Source of the DNA: Patescibacteria group bacterium | Lineage (GTDB): Bacteria; Patescibacteriota; UBA1384; CAJBMM01 | Assembly: GCA_041660565.1 (NCBI GenBank) | Contig: JBAZWC010000001.1 | Location: forward strand, 366,481-430,480 | Direction of reading: 5' to 3' | DNA: 64,000 nucleotides | Shown here: one piece after another, positions 44,241 through 53,504 of the stretch | Position numbering within the stretch: the stretch's first letter is position 1 | Layout of the letters: each line of letters opens with the position of its first letter | The notes under the pieces: generated by a model | Seen by the model: only the letters and a program-made list of their open reading frames with translations | Databases searched by the model: none | Told to the model about the DNA's origin: nothing | Program-made: the position numbers and the translations under genes

Positions 44241-44663
44241 GTCCCGGGCGAGTCAACTAAAAAATCAGCTGCAACAGGCTGATTTTTTAGAAAAATAAAA
44301 TAATAAGTTATTTTTGAAAAAGTTTAGGCGCTTCGCGGTGAATTGCGAAACGCCTTAGGCTGTACCGCTGTGTTCACTAACCCTCGTTAGTTTCAGTACC
44401 TTTGGCAGGAATCCACTCGCCGTTGGTATCGATACGGCACGGAAGAATCACAACAGGCGGCACCGGCAAACGCCCCGCGGAGTCAGCTGAAGACGACGCC
44501 CCTCCAACACCAAGCAGGTGTCTGCGAGATTCTTCACATTGGGCCAAATACCTCACATTGTACATGATCCCGTTTCCCCCTATATTACCACTTTAGCAAA
44601 ATTCACTTTGATTGCCCATAAATTAAAAAGCCAGCTATTGTGGCTTTTCTCAAAACTTATTAT

Positions 44664-44738
44664 TGGCTCCCCGGGTCAGATTCGAACTGACGACCAACTC
44701 GTTAACAGCGAGCTGCGCTACCGCTGCGCTACCGGGGA
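44664..44738 (-). tRNA. tRNA-Asn (anticodon GTT), CCA encoded, with a hairpin+T-run terminator just downstream (about 44620-44650)
   Basis: Reverse complement TCCCCGGTAGCGCAGCGGTAGCGCAGCTCGCTGTTAACGAGTTGGTCGTCAGTTCGAATCTGACCCGGGGAGCCA. Confidence 0.85.
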
Positions 44739-44808
44739 ATAAATGATTTTCTATCCACATAATAGCATTTTTGCCGCTATCTCGCAACATGCCAGACGTG
44801 ACTATCAA

Positions 44809-45267
44809 TCAGCTGCAGCCCAGTATGATTTTGATTTTATTTATATACACTCGCTCCCAATACCACATAGAAAACCAACCAAATAATGGCTTTGCGAAAA
44901 TACGCAAAATGATATTGGCTTTTGAAAGATCATAATTATAAGAATAATTAATTCTGGTGCCGTTTTCGACATCTTCCATTAAAAACTCTTCGTGCCCGGT
45001 GGCTTTGAATACAGGGTTAATGTTGTCCGAGATATATCCTTTTCCCGGAACAAGTGTTGTTTTCATAGTTACCGAAATTGGAGGAGTACCAAAAGATTTT
45101 GCTTCTGCGTGAATAAGTAAGTTGTTGCCATCTTTGCTGACAATTTTCACCGAATGTGCAACCTGCGGAAAATTCTTTGGCAAATTTTCAAAATCAGTCA
45201 CTATTTTATAAATAGATTCTCTGGGAGCTTTTATTATCCAACTGTTTTTGAGGTGAATTTTTGTCAT
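44809..45267 (-). CDS. SRPBCC (START/Bet-v1/polyketide-cyclase-like) domain protein
   Basis: 152 aa with typical beta-alpha-beta grip composition. Low-to-moderate support. Confidence 0.5.
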   Translation of the reverse strand: MTKIHLKNSWIIKAPRESIYKIVTDFENLPKNFPQVAHSVKIVSKDGNNLLIHAEAKSFGTPPISVTMKTTLVPGKGYISDNINPVFKATGHEEFLMEDVENGTRINYSYNYDLSKANIILRIFAKPLFGWFSMWYWERVYINKIKIILGCS

Positions 45268-45377
45268 TTGTTTTTATTATAATTTAAAATTAACCAGGTT
45301 GTAATGCCACGGAAAACTATCAAAAACGAACTCGGATAAAATATCAAACGTATATTCGTACAAAAAATTTGTTTTTA

Positions 45378-45405
45378 TTGACATATTTGAACAATACGCT
45401 ATAAT
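45378..45405 (+). promoter_or_regulatory. Consensus promoter TTGACA-16-TATAAT
   Basis: -35 at 45378-45383, -10 at 45400-45405, before a GGGAG Shine-Dalgarno and the ATG at 45439. Confidence 0.55.
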
Positions 45406-45438
45406 ATTATCTATCACAGCTCTTCACGGGAGTTTTCC

Positions 45439-45795
45439 ATGATGGTCATGAAGCAGGTGCCTGAGGACAGGCAGCGGGTCCAATATTGGAGCCGGTCACT
45501 TCTTGTCCTTGGGTCGTATGTGCTGATAGGGTGGGCGTGGAGTTGGTGGGTTGCCATTGCAGCGCTGCTCATCATGTCAGTTGCGGTGGAAGGGCAGCTC
45601 AAGAATGTGAATGGCGTGGCGGTTCGGCGAACAATGGCTGAGATGATGGCGTCAAGAAGCCGATATGTCGGTGGCCTGATCGTGGCTCTCGTCGCAGGCG
45701 TTGCTTCGATAGCCACTGGGCACATCGCGATTGGGGCTCTGTGGCTCATCATCGTCGCCTGCGCCCACTTTCCCGTACCATGCTTTCGCACGTGA
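45439..45795 (+). CDS. Small high-GC integral membrane protein (cassette 1)
   Basis: 3-4 TM helices. Chosen over the antisense ORF 45414-45791 on the basis of promoter, Shine-Dalgarno and terminator orientation. Confidence 0.5.
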   Translation: MMVMKQVPEDRQRVQYWSRSLLVLGSYVLIGWAWSWWVAIAALLIMSVAVEGQLKNVNGVAVRRTMAEMMASRSRYVGGLIVALVAGVASIATGHIAIGALWLIIVACAHFPVPCFRT

Positions 45796-45802
45796 TGCCA
45801 AC

Positions 45803-45850
45803 TAGGGCGTTTCCGCAGAACATCGCGGAGGCGCCCTAACTTTTTATTTT
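45803..45850 (+). terminator. Rho-independent terminator (tagggcg…cgcccta + T-run). 36-nt core identical to 46428-46463
   Basis: gggcgtttccgcagaacatcgcggaggcgccctaac followed by tttttatttt. Confidence 0.7.
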
Positions 45851-45870
45851 GAATTTGACGAAATTCACTA

Positions 45871-45899
45871 TTGACTATTACGCAACAGTATGATATAAT
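45871..45899 (+). promoter_or_regulatory. Consensus promoter TTGACT-17-TATAAT
   Basis: -35 at 45871-45876, -10 at 45894-45899. AGGAGG Shine-Dalgarno before the ATG at 46006. Confidence 0.55.
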
Positions 45900-46005
45900 A
45901 CTGTTGTTTTGTAATTTAATAACATATTTATAAGCACAGCGTTGTGTATATCCGTTTGGGTGTGCAGATCGCTGTGTTTATCTACATGGTAAATAGGAGG
46001 AAACC

Positions 46006-46416
46006 ATGGCACGCAGACCAACTCTCGACGAGTTGCGCCAGTTGGCAACTTGGGGGGACATCAGCCACGTGGTTGACCGCTGGTATCGCGGACACCAAGT
46101 ACCTCCCGAAGTGATGGAGGCGGTGCAGGTGGGGTACTACGCGATGGCGCGGAACTGGCTCAAGTCGATGCTGCCGGCAAAGATGTATCGTCGCATCACA
46201 CCGGGCGAACAATACCCGGCCTACCAGTCAGTCGAGACCCGGAACGGACGAGTCCAGATCGGGTCGTACTCGCTGGGACAGCGGCTGACCGCAGCGCGGC
46301 GCTGGGCCACCAAGGCCAAGTTGCCGCTGGAAAAGATCGCGGCAGATTACGGCCTGACTCACTTGCTCGCGGTAACACCCGAGCCTGAGCCAGATCCGAT
46401 CCCGCGCGGCTCATAG
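46006..46416 (+). CDS. Hypothetical high-GC protein (cassette 2)
   Basis: 136 aa with Pro/Glu-rich C-terminus. Strong Shine-Dalgarno and promoter. No recognisable motif. Confidence 0.5.
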   Translation: MARRPTLDELRQLATWGDISHVVDRWYRGHQVPPEVMEAVQVGYYAMARNWLKSMLPAKMYRRITPGEQYPAYQSVETRNGRVQIGSYSLGQRLTAARRWATKAKLPLEKIAADYGLTHLLAVTPEPEPDPIPRGS

Positions 46417-46427
46417 CATTCCATCGC

Positions 46428-46470
46428 AGGGCGTTTCCGCAGAACATCGCGGAGGCGCCCTAACTTTTAT
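46428..46470 (+). terminator. Rho-independent terminator, duplicate of 45803-45850
   Basis: Identical 36-nt hairpin core followed by a T-run. Confidence 0.7.
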
Positions 46471-46554
46471 CTGATTAAAAAAATAAGACCATCAACGGTC
46501 TTTTTTTAGTAACTACCTTATGTCATAAAACTATCACAAAAATAAAGGAGGAAT

Positions 46555-46890
46555 ATGGCGAATATCGTCAATAAATCATTCACAGAGTCAAACGAAAATG
46601 TGACACCGGAAAAAACCAGGGTTGAAACGGCAACGTTAATTGATCACGAATTTCAACGCGTTACCGCTGAACCAGGTTGGCAATGGTCAAAACATTCAAA
46701 ACCGGTGGTTGGCGGCAAAAGCTGCCAAAAACATCATTTGCTCTATATTATTTCAGGTAGAATTGCATCAAGAATGTCCGATGGAGATGAGGTAGAGTTT
46801 GGCCCGGGTGAAATTGGGATTATCCCTCCCGGCCATGATGGCTGGACAGTTGGAGACGAACCGGCAGTCTGGCTCGAAATCCCCCACTAA
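46555..46890 (+). CDS. Cupin-domain protein (host-like GC)
   Basis: …HHLLYIISGRIASRMSDGDEVEFGPGEIGIIPPGHDGWTV… (cupin 2 beta-barrel motifs). AAAGGAGGAA Shine-Dalgarno. Confidence 0.6.
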   Translation: MANIVNKSFTESNENVTPEKTRVETATLIDHEFQRVTAEPGWQWSKHSKPVVGGKSCQKHHLLYIISGRIASRMSDGDEVEFGPGEIGIIPPGHDGWTVGDEPAVWLEIPH

Positions 46891-46953
46891 TTATTAAAAG
46901 AATAGGCCCCGACGCATTGCGCGCCGGGGCCTTTGGGCTGGGTATGGGCTGGA

Positions 46954-48513
46954 TTAGCTGGCGGACTTCTGCTCCACCTCGGTCAACGCGATCACCTGTA
47001 GCAGCCGCCCGAGGAGCAACTCCATCTTGGGATCGTTCGGAGCCTTTCGAGTCTCCGACGCGATCTTGAGCAGATCAGTGGTGGCCAACTTAAGTGCTTC
47101 CAAGTCGCCGGCGTTTGATGCCTGGGCCACCTTGTCAACACCCGCGAGCCTGTCCTGTTCAATCTGCGCATACTCGGCAACTGCCTCGCCATAGACGCGG
47201 GCATAGCCGAGCGTACACAGCATTCGCGACAGCCCCTCGCCAGCGGTGATCGGATGCTGCCCGAGCAGCGCCAGCACATTCACGGGCTCAGAAACCGGGG
47301 TCGGTTCGGGCTCAACCGGTGCCGGTGTGTCCGGCATCGGTTCGGGCTGCGGCGGCAGGTCGGGCTGGGTCTTCGTGGTTAGCGCCGCAATCTCTGCCTT
47401 TGCCTTTTCCGACAGTCGGCAGTGATACCGAATGTGGGACAACGCCTCGGTCTTCTCCAGCAGTCCGTTCTGGATCGCAACCCGAAGGAAACTGCCGGTA
47501 GCTCCATCCGACAGTCCAAGCTGTCCGGAAACAACCTTCCCGGCGTCGCCCGCTTGGGTACCGTCCGCGTGAGTAGCCTTCTTCGCGATCTCTTCGAGAA
47601 CGAGCAGCATCCAGCCGTACTCGTCGGTGCCCTGGACGAAGTACTTGCTGACGATGCCCTTGTTCGGCCTTGCCGGGGTAGGCGATGCGGGTAACTCGGG
47701 AACTGCCGGTGGCGGGACTAACACCTTCCCTTCATCGGTCAGCTTGTAGCCGATGACCGCTGGTGGCATCCCCTCAGCCACGGCTTCAAGCAGCTTGGCA
47801 TCCGCCAACATCGACAGCGCCGTCTCGGCATCGAGATACGACAAGGACTGGAACTCAGTCCGAACCCCCTCTGTGCAGGCCTGGGTCGCAAGAAATGCCC
47901 CGTTGCTGCACATACTCGAGATGTACCCCAGAATCCGAACCACGTGGCCATCGGTGGAGTCGATCAGCCCGTGGAACCACACCCTGTCGAACTCCGCCTT
48001 AGCATTCCTCCTCACTTCCTCATCCTCCTTGGCAGCAAGTAGCTGCCTGACAGCTTCACGCCTTTCGACGATCATCTCCTCGTGGTGACTGGCGCGCTTC
48101 TGGTCTTCGGCCAGAAACATCTCGTTGGCGCACTCACACGCCATGAGCAGAACGCGGTCAATGTGATTCTTGTCCAATGCGCAGCAGCTGGCCGGGAAAT
48201 CGACCCACCACTGCATGCACGTGTCTGTGCCTCCAGGCTGGAACATCAACTTGAACCGCTTGTTCTTATCGAGCCCCTTACCGACAATCTTCACTCCTCG
48301 ATCTGCCCTAGACCCCTGCTTCTTCCTGCAGAAACTGGCGTCGATCGTCAGATCGGCATCACCAAACGGGTCTGCGCAAACCGGTGCCACAATTGCAGCA
48401 AAGCTCTCCAGAAGTTTCTGGATTACTTGAGGCACCTGGTCTTCACCGGGCAAACCGGCGCCACGATGGCTGGAGTTACGCACAACCCGTGCGCAAATCT
48501 GTGGTACGGCCAT
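46954..48513 (-). CDS. Hypothetical 519-aa high-GC protein (Cys-rich N-terminal region, Pro-rich linker), possibly of plasmid or phage origin
   Basis: Long ORF with TTGACT-17-TATAAA promoter and GAGGGGG Shine-Dalgarno upstream (48514-48590). No recognisable motif. Confidence 0.55.
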   Translation of the reverse strand: MAVPQICARVVRNSSHRGAGLPGEDQVPQVIQKLLESFAAIVAPVCADPFGDADLTIDASFCRKKQGSRADRGVKIVGKGLDKNKRFKLMFQPGGTDTCMQWWVDFPASCCALDKNHIDRVLLMACECANEMFLAEDQKRASHHEEMIVERREAVRQLLAAKEDEEVRRNAKAEFDRVWFHGLIDSTDGHVVRILGYISSMCSNGAFLATQACTEGVRTEFQSLSYLDAETALSMLADAKLLEAVAEGMPPAVIGYKLTDEGKVLVPPPAVPELPASPTPARPNKGIVSKYFVQGTDEYGWMLLVLEEIAKKATHADGTQAGDAGKVVSGQLGLSDGATGSFLRVAIQNGLLEKTEALSHIRYHCRLSEKAKAEIAALTTKTQPDLPPQPEPMPDTPAPVEPEPTPVSEPVNVLALLGQHPITAGEGLSRMLCTLGYARVYGEAVAEYAQIEQDRLAGVDKVAQASNAGDLEALKLATTDLLKIASETRKAPNDPKMELLLGRLLQVIALTEVEQKSAS

Positions 48514-48654
48514 TAGTTATCCCCCTCTCTCGGTTATTCAAGATCTTAGTGAATACTTTATATCATATTTTTATATCAAAGTCAATAGAAAACCGTGAGT
48601 GACTGTCATTCCGGTCCGCCAGCTGGCGGATGACCCAGAACCCATGCTTTCTTG

Positions 48655-48745
48655 GTGTCATTCCGGGCTTGATTGTTCTGCTAAGAACTAACGACTCCAG
48701 CCGCAAGGCAGTGAGGAGTATCCGGAATCTATGTAAAAGATTATT
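48655..48745. repeat. GTCATTCCGG…TCCGGAATCTATG palindromic element (copy of 24255-24345)
   Basis: About 88% identity to 24255-24345. Adjacent partial unit at 48600-48650 shares ccgccagctggcggatg with 43946-43966. Confidence 0.65.
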
Positions 48746-48868
48746 AAGGATATCTAGAGATCTCGCAATGGATTCCATTTCCCATTCTCTATCTACCATC
48801 CTCCAACAAAGAAAGACGCCCGGCGGTCTCGCCGCAAGGCGTCTAGTTATGACGACGATGGTTCGTCA

Positions 48869-49078
48869 TCACTTAGTTCCGTAGATCCCCGGAAACGGGG
48901 TCATAACACGGTCCTGGGGGCGGTTCAGCCTCATGATGCGTACGTCCGCCGATTCTGCCCGACCAATCGCCTGACGTCTCTCCTCATCGGTATTTGCGGC
49001 CTCTAGATCGGCTATCAGCTTCCCACCCGCCTCCGTCCCGTAGGCGCCAATAGTCCACCGTTTTTGCTCCTCAGTCAT
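48869..49078 (-). CDS. Hypothetical small protein (high-GC mini-operon, gene 3)
   Basis: Start overlaps the stop of 49075-49356 (ATGA-type overlap). Confidence 0.35.
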   Translation of the reverse strand: MTEEQKRWTIGAYGTEAGGKLIADLEAANTDEERRQAIGRAESADVRIMRLNRPQDRVMTPFPGIYGTK

Positions 49079-49356
49079 GCCACTACCTCCTTTTCGAGAT
49101 TCATGTCATCCCGCTCCAGACGTTTCCGGACAAAGCCCCGGATGCTGCGCGGTCCGTAGTACCCTCGGTCATCCTCGTCCTTGACGAATGGACAGACAAA
49201 CAGTTCGTCCATCGTCGACGGACAGGTAACCAACTCAAACTCTAGCCCCGGGACTTTCTTCATTTCGCTCATCGCCTCGTCGTTATCCGCTCCATCAGTT
49301 ATGACAAAGAGCGAAACCCCTAGTTTTTGGTCGCTCATTGCTGCATTACCTCCCAT
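49075..49356 (-). CDS. Hypothetical small protein with vWA-like LFVITDGADNDE segment (possible fragment)
   Basis: 93 aa. Motif resembles the vWA TDG loop. Possibly a gene remnant. Confidence 0.35.
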   Translation of the reverse strand: MGGNAAMSDQKLGVSLFVITDGADNDEAMSEMKKVPGLEFELVTCPSTMDELFVCPFVKDEDDRGYYGPRSIRGFVRKRLERDDMNLEKEVVA

Positions 49357-49367
49357 TCGGTGATCGA

Positions 49368-49568
49368 CTAGTCCAACGAGTCAAACCGAGCATCCTCCCA
49401 CGACATCCGACGAGCCTCGGCCAGCAAGTCTAGCTGCCGGTCAATCCTTGCACCCAACTCGTCCCTCGCGGCCACGATACGTTTCGTCGGACGCGGAAGT
49501 AGAACCGGCCCGCCACCTTGAACCAGCCGGTCCAGGAAAATGCGGGTTGATGATGGCTTTGTCTTCAT
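49368..49568 (-). CDS. Hypothetical small protein (start at MKTKPSS…; the track ORF extends into a repeat element)
   Basis: 66 aa. The upstream extension is encoded by the palindromic repeat at 49672-49745. Confidence 0.35.
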   Translation of the reverse strand: MKTKPSSTRIFLDRLVQGGGPVLLPRPTKRIVAARDELGARIDRQLDLLAEARRMSWEDARFDSLD

Positions 49569-49671
49569 TACGTCTCTCCCAATGAACCGAGATATTATCA
49601 ATGTTATGTGAAGGTTCAGCTTTGTTATCAGCTTTAGATTACAGCGACATTTGCCTTGACGCAATAGTCTC

Positions 49672-49745
49672 TTTGTCATTCCCGTGAAGACGGGAATCCA
49701 GACTATGAAAATATTTTCCACATAGATTCCGGATCAAGTCCGGAA
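49672..49745. repeat. Palindromic GTCATTCC…GGAATGAC element containing an inverted TCCGGAATCTATG module
   Basis: gtcattcccgtgaagacgggaatc … catagattccggatcaagtccggaatgaca. Confidence 0.55.
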
Positions 49746-49761
49746 TGACATGGCCGAGTGA

Positions 49762-49789
49762 TTGACATTTTAGAATTGTAGAGTATAAT
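49762..49789 (+). promoter_or_regulatory. Consensus promoter TTGACA-16-TATAAT
   Basis: -35 at 49762-49767, -10 at 49784-49789. GGGAGGTG Shine-Dalgarno before the ATG at 49834. Confidence 0.55.
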
Positions 49790-49833
49790 TTGGACTAGTC
49801 GCTACATTCTTCACTGAGGGAGGTGAGACAGGG

Positions 49834-50202
49834 ATGTTGTATGTCTGGATTGGAGACATCGCTCCAGACGTTGATAGCGAATACGTCCGCCGACTGGAGC
49901 TGGAAGTGGAGACGACAATCGGTCATGCCGTTCACCCCAGACCAGTCAAGTGTTGGGCAGCAAGGGCATTTCGCTGCTCCGATGAGCCACAGCAGACACC
50001 TTCGGTCATGACGATCCATGTCATCTCGGCAGGACCGATCCCGGCAACAGACGTGGATCGACTCCAGCAGCTACTTCATGAGATCGCGCTCAGGTTCATC
50101 ACGGATTGCAATTCAGGACAACATGGGTTAGCAGTTATGGTAGTAGGCTACTCCCGCGACCCGCTGTCCTACCAGTACCTAACGACTGACGACACGCCCT
50201 GA
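49834..50202 (+). CDS. Hypothetical high-GC protein (cassette)
   Basis: 122 aa, strong Shine-Dalgarno, followed by a terminator. No recognisable motif. Confidence 0.45.
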   Translation: MLYVWIGDIAPDVDSEYVRRLELEVETTIGHAVHPRPVKCWAARAFRCSDEPQQTPSVMTIHVISAGPIPATDVDRLQQLLHEIALRFITDCNSGQHGLAVMVVGYSRDPLSYQYLTTDDTP

Positions 50203-50211
50203 TCAGCTCAA

Positions 50212-50252
50212 AACCGCCTACTGCAACCCCGCAGCGGGCGGTGATTTTTTTG
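50212..50252 (+). terminator. Rho-independent terminator (aaaccgcc…ggcggt + TTTTTTT)
   Basis: Hairpin with inner ctgcaaccccgcag, then a T7 run. Could serve both 49834-50202 (+) and rpoD (-). Confidence 0.6.
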
Positions 50253-50359
50253 TACGACAAGGGTGGGCGGACACATAGGTCCGCCCCTACGTTGCTAGAT
50301 TAATCATTGTGATTTCGAAATTTATTTCAAATTTCAAATTGTAAATTTCAAATTCGTTA

Positions 50360-51490
50360 CTATCTCAAATAGTCCTTAAGACGATCGGATTGTTCGTTTT
50401 TCTTCAGTTTTTGTAGTGATTTTGCTTCAATTTGGCGAATACGTTCACGCGTTACCCCAAACTCTTGCCCTACTTCTTCCAGCGTGTGCGCTTTACCATC
50501 TTCGTTTAGCCCAAATCGCATTCGTAGAATTTTTTGCTCGCGCGCAGCTAGTGTGTCCAAAAATTCATCCACATGCCCACGCAATAGCTGGTAGATGGCT
50601 GATTCTTCCGGGCTTAGGCTTTCTTTGTCTTCCAAAAAATCGCCCAGCTTTGAGTCTTCTTCTTCACCAACCGGCGATTCCAGCGAGACCGTTTCTTGGC
50701 TAATCTTTAAAATATGCTCAACTTTATCTACTTCTAGGCCCATTTCGGCTGCAATTTCTTCCGGCAACGGTTCGCGCCCTAAATCTTGCACTAGCTGACG
50801 CTGTACCCGAATTAATTTGTTGATCGTTTCAATCATATGCACCGGGATACGGATGGTGCGAGCTTGGTCGGCGATGGCACGGGTAATGGCTTGGCGAATC
50901 CACCAAGTAGCGTAAGTGGAAAACTTGTAACCTTTTTTGTAGTCAAATTTCTCTACCGCGCGCATTAAACCGGTGTTGCCCTCTTGAATTAGATCGAGTA
51001 GCTGCAAACCACGGCCAATGTATTTTTTCGCGATTGCCACCACCAAACGCAAGTTGGCCTCGGATAACCGTTTTTTAGATAGCTCATCACCTCTAGACAT
51101 TGCTTTGGCTAGCTGAACTTCTTCGGTTGGAGTTAATAGTGGGATGCGTCCGATTTCACGTAAATACATTCGCACCGAATCATCGGAAATGTCACGCAGA
51201 TCGATTGAATCAAAATCGTCATCTTCTTCTAGTGATTTGATTTGTTCCGGAGAAACCAAGCGCGCCAAAATTCCACCGGCGGCGGTGTCTTTGACTTCGA
51301 TGCCACGGCGATAAAAATAATCGAATAGTGCGTCTAGCTGCGGAATATCATCTTCAATGTTCGGAAATGCTTGTAACATTTCTTGAGTTGTCACAAAGCC
51401 ATGAGTTCGGCCTTTGCGAATTAGAGCAACCAGCTGGTCTTGAAAATCCAACGGCTCTTCGGTTTTTAATTTTACTACGCGTTTTGTCAT
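50360..51490 (-). CDS. rpoD: RNA polymerase primary sigma factor (short RpoD/SigA, 376 aa)
   Basis: Regions 1.2, 2 (…[29 protein letters not shown]), 3 and 4 ([24 protein letters not shown]). Classic dnaG-rpoD arrangement. Confidence 0.95.
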   Translation of the reverse strand: MTKRVVKLKTEEPLDFQDQLVALIRKGRTHGFVTTQEMLQAFPNIEDDIPQLDALFDYFYRRGIEVKDTAAGGILARLVSPEQIKSLEEDDDFDSIDLRDISDDSVRMYLREIGRIPLLTPTEEVQLAKAMSRGDELSKKRLSEANLRLVVAIAKKYIGRGLQLLDLIQEGNTGLMRAVEKFDYKKGYKFSTYATWWIRQAITRAIADQARTIRIPVHMIETINKLIRVQRQLVQDLGREPLPEEIAAEMGLEVDKVEHILKISQETVSLESPVGEEEDSKLGDFLEDKESLSPEESAIYQLLRGHVDEFLDTLAAREQKILRMRFGLNEDGKAHTLEEVGQEFGVTRERIRQIEAKSLQKLKKNEQSDRLKDYLR

Positions 51491-51539
51491 ATTTGCATTA
51501 AAGACGAATTACGAATTCAAAATTCGAAACTTTTTTAAA

Positions 51540-51595
51540 ATTAGATGCTTCGCATCGAAATCACTCGCAGAATGCTCGCGATTATCAAATCCGTC
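51540..51595. repeat. 55-nt element (gatgcTTCGgcatc-like hairpin plus tcgcga core) in the dnaG-rpoD spacer. Second copy at 59139-59195
   Basis: ttagatgcttcgcatcgaaatcactcgcagaatgctcgcgattatcaaat versus 59139 ttagatgcttcgcatcgaaatcactcgcaatttgctcgcgattatcaaat. Confidence 0.6.
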
Positions 51596-53332
51596 TTACC
51601 TCTCATTACTAACTATAATATCATTTTCAATCGATTTTAGCAATGCCTGAGCTTTCTTTTTATCCCCACTCTTGAGCGCTGTGGCAATTGCCTGTGTATT
51701 TTGTTGAATTCGGCCTTCGCGTTCCCGATCACCAAACCGCGCCAACCGATCTGAAATTTCAATGATAATTGATGGCTGATCCATTTGTTCGTGACTACGC
51801 AGCTGTTCCATCATCAGCTGATTTAGGCGATTTTTCCATGCCGGCGGCAATTCCTTATATATGTCATCTACCTTTTGATTATTTTTTTTAGCTTTACTAA
51901 TGGCATCGAATACTTTTTGCAGCGAACTGTTATCAAAAATTATCTCCGGCAAAACAATTAACAGATCAAAATACGCCAACATCACACCAATTAACTGCTC
52001 TTCTTGCCCATCGGGTTTAACGGCTTGAGGCTTGATAGCAGTTTCCGAGTTAGGGCGAGAAGCTTGCTGATCATTTAATAACACCGCTTCACTTACTCCC
52101 AGTTTTCCCGCTAATCGATGCAAATATTCTTCTTTCTCCAACCCGTTTTGCACCGCCGCAATTAATGGTGACAACTTGGCCACAATCGCCTTTTTACCTA
52201 CTCCGGTTAAATTGGCGTTGCCACCAAAAGCTTGATTAAGGAAAAAATCAAAACAGGGCAATGCCGCATCAACCGCCCCCTTCCAGTCTGCTAAATTATG
52301 ACGAATACATTCATCCGGGTCTTTACCGTACGGTATAGTGACGGCGTAAGGATTCAAATCTACCTCCCACGCCATAATGGCCGCGGAATACAACGTTTTT
52401 TGCCCCGCCGCATCTGCGTCAAAAGCAAAGTAAATTTGATTGGTGTAGCGTTTCAGTAATTTTAGATGATCGCGGGTAAGAGCGGTGCCAGAGGTGGCGA
52501 TGGTGTTAGCAAACCCAAATTGGTGTGAGGTAATTACATCCATTTGTCCTTCAACTACAATCACTTTGTCTTCGGATCGGATAGTTTTACGCGCCAAGCT
52601 GATCCCATAAAGTGCTTCACTTTTACGAAACGCCGGCGATTCCGAGGTATTAAGGTACTTTGCCACGTCATTTTGATCCTGCAGAATACGGCCGGTAAAA
52701 CCAATTATTTGACCACTGGCATCGTCTATCGGGAACATAATGCGACCACGAAAGCGATCGTAAAAGTTGTTTGAACCGGTTTTTTTGACGCTCAAGCCGG
52801 ATTTGACCGCCCACTCTAAATCAATCCCTTTTTTAGTCAGCATTGCTTCAATATTATGCCAACCGTCCGGGGCATAGCCAATCTTAAAAGCTTCAATCAT
52901 TTCTGTTGATATGCCACGTTTTTCCAAATACTGACGCGCCAAATTAGCCACGGGCGATTTTAATAAAATTTGATGATAAAAATTCGATGCAACTATTAGC
53001 ACTTCCAATATCTTACTTTTTTCAGAGCGTTCTTGATTTTCTTTATCGGACATCGGTGAAATTTCGATGCCTACACGCGCCGCCAGTTTAGACAAAGCTT
53101 CTACAAACGATAATCCATCGATTTTTTGTACAAACGAAATAACATCTCCACCCTCATTACAACCGAAACAGTGCCAAGATTGACGCTCGGCGCTTACCGA
53201 AAATGACGGTGTTTTTTCACTATGAAACGGGCATAAACCTTTGTAGGTTATACCACTTTTTTTAAGCGTTAGATATTCGCCAATAATTTCGACAATATCT
53301 AGCTTAGATTTAATCTCATCTACATCGGCCAT
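51596..53332 (-). CDS. dnaG: DNA primase
   Basis: Zn-ribbon CPFHSEKTPSFSV…HCFGC and a TOPRIM domain (EGQMDVIT…DADAAGQKT). Confidence 0.95.
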   Translation of the reverse strand: MADVDEIKSKLDIVEIIGEYLTLKKSGITYKGLCPFHSEKTPSFSVSAERQSWHCFGCNEGGDVISFVQKIDGLSFVEALSKLAARVGIEISPMSDKENQERSEKSKILEVLIVASNFYHQILLKSPVANLARQYLEKRGISTEMIEAFKIGYAPDGWHNIEAMLTKKGIDLEWAVKSGLSVKKTGSNNFYDRFRGRIMFPIDDASGQIIGFTGRILQDQNDVAKYLNTSESPAFRKSEALYGISLARKTIRSEDKVIVVEGQMDVITSHQFGFANTIATSGTALTRDHLKLLKRYTNQIYFAFDADAAGQKTLYSAAIMAWEVDLNPYAVTIPYGKDPDECIRHNLADWKGAVDAALPCFDFFLNQAFGGNANLTGVGKKAIVAKLSPLIAAVQNGLEKEEYLHRLAGKLGVSEAVLLNDQQASRPNSETAIKPQAVKPDGQEEQLIGVMLAYFDLLIVLPEIIFDNSSLQKVFDAISKAKKNNQKVDDIYKELPPAWKNRLNQLMMEQLRSHEQMDQPSIIIEISDRLARFGDREREGRIQQNTQAIATALKSGDKKKAQALLKSIENDIIVSNER

Positions 53333-53398
53333 AGCAACCTTGTTTTGTGCCTAAAGCATAGCACAAAACAAATAAATTCTAAATTCTAAGCACCAAAT

Positions 53399-53495
53399 TC
53401 TAAAAATGTCATTCCGGATTTAATCCGGAATCTATATAAAAAATCTTTTATAGTCTGGATCCCGGGTCGAGCCCGGGATGACAGCTCGGGATACT
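53399..53495. repeat. Compound palindromic repeat (gtcattccgga-ttta-atccggaatc and atcccgggtcgagcccgggat-gacagctcgggata) related to 55748-55940
   Basis: Shared …tctggatcc…gggatgacagctcg.gata… module with 55850-55945. Confidence 0.55.
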
Positions 53496-53504
53496 AATCT
53501 CAAT

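Noticed and set aside
45414-45791. Minus-strand ORF overlapping 45439-45795
   Set aside because: Promoter, Shine-Dalgarno and terminator are all oriented for the plus-strand membrane-protein ORF.
50250-50345. atttcaaat direct repeats near the rpoD 3' end as an iteron or CRISPR-like array
   Set aside because: Only three short AT-rich 9-mers. This is most likely terminator-adjacent low-complexity sequence.
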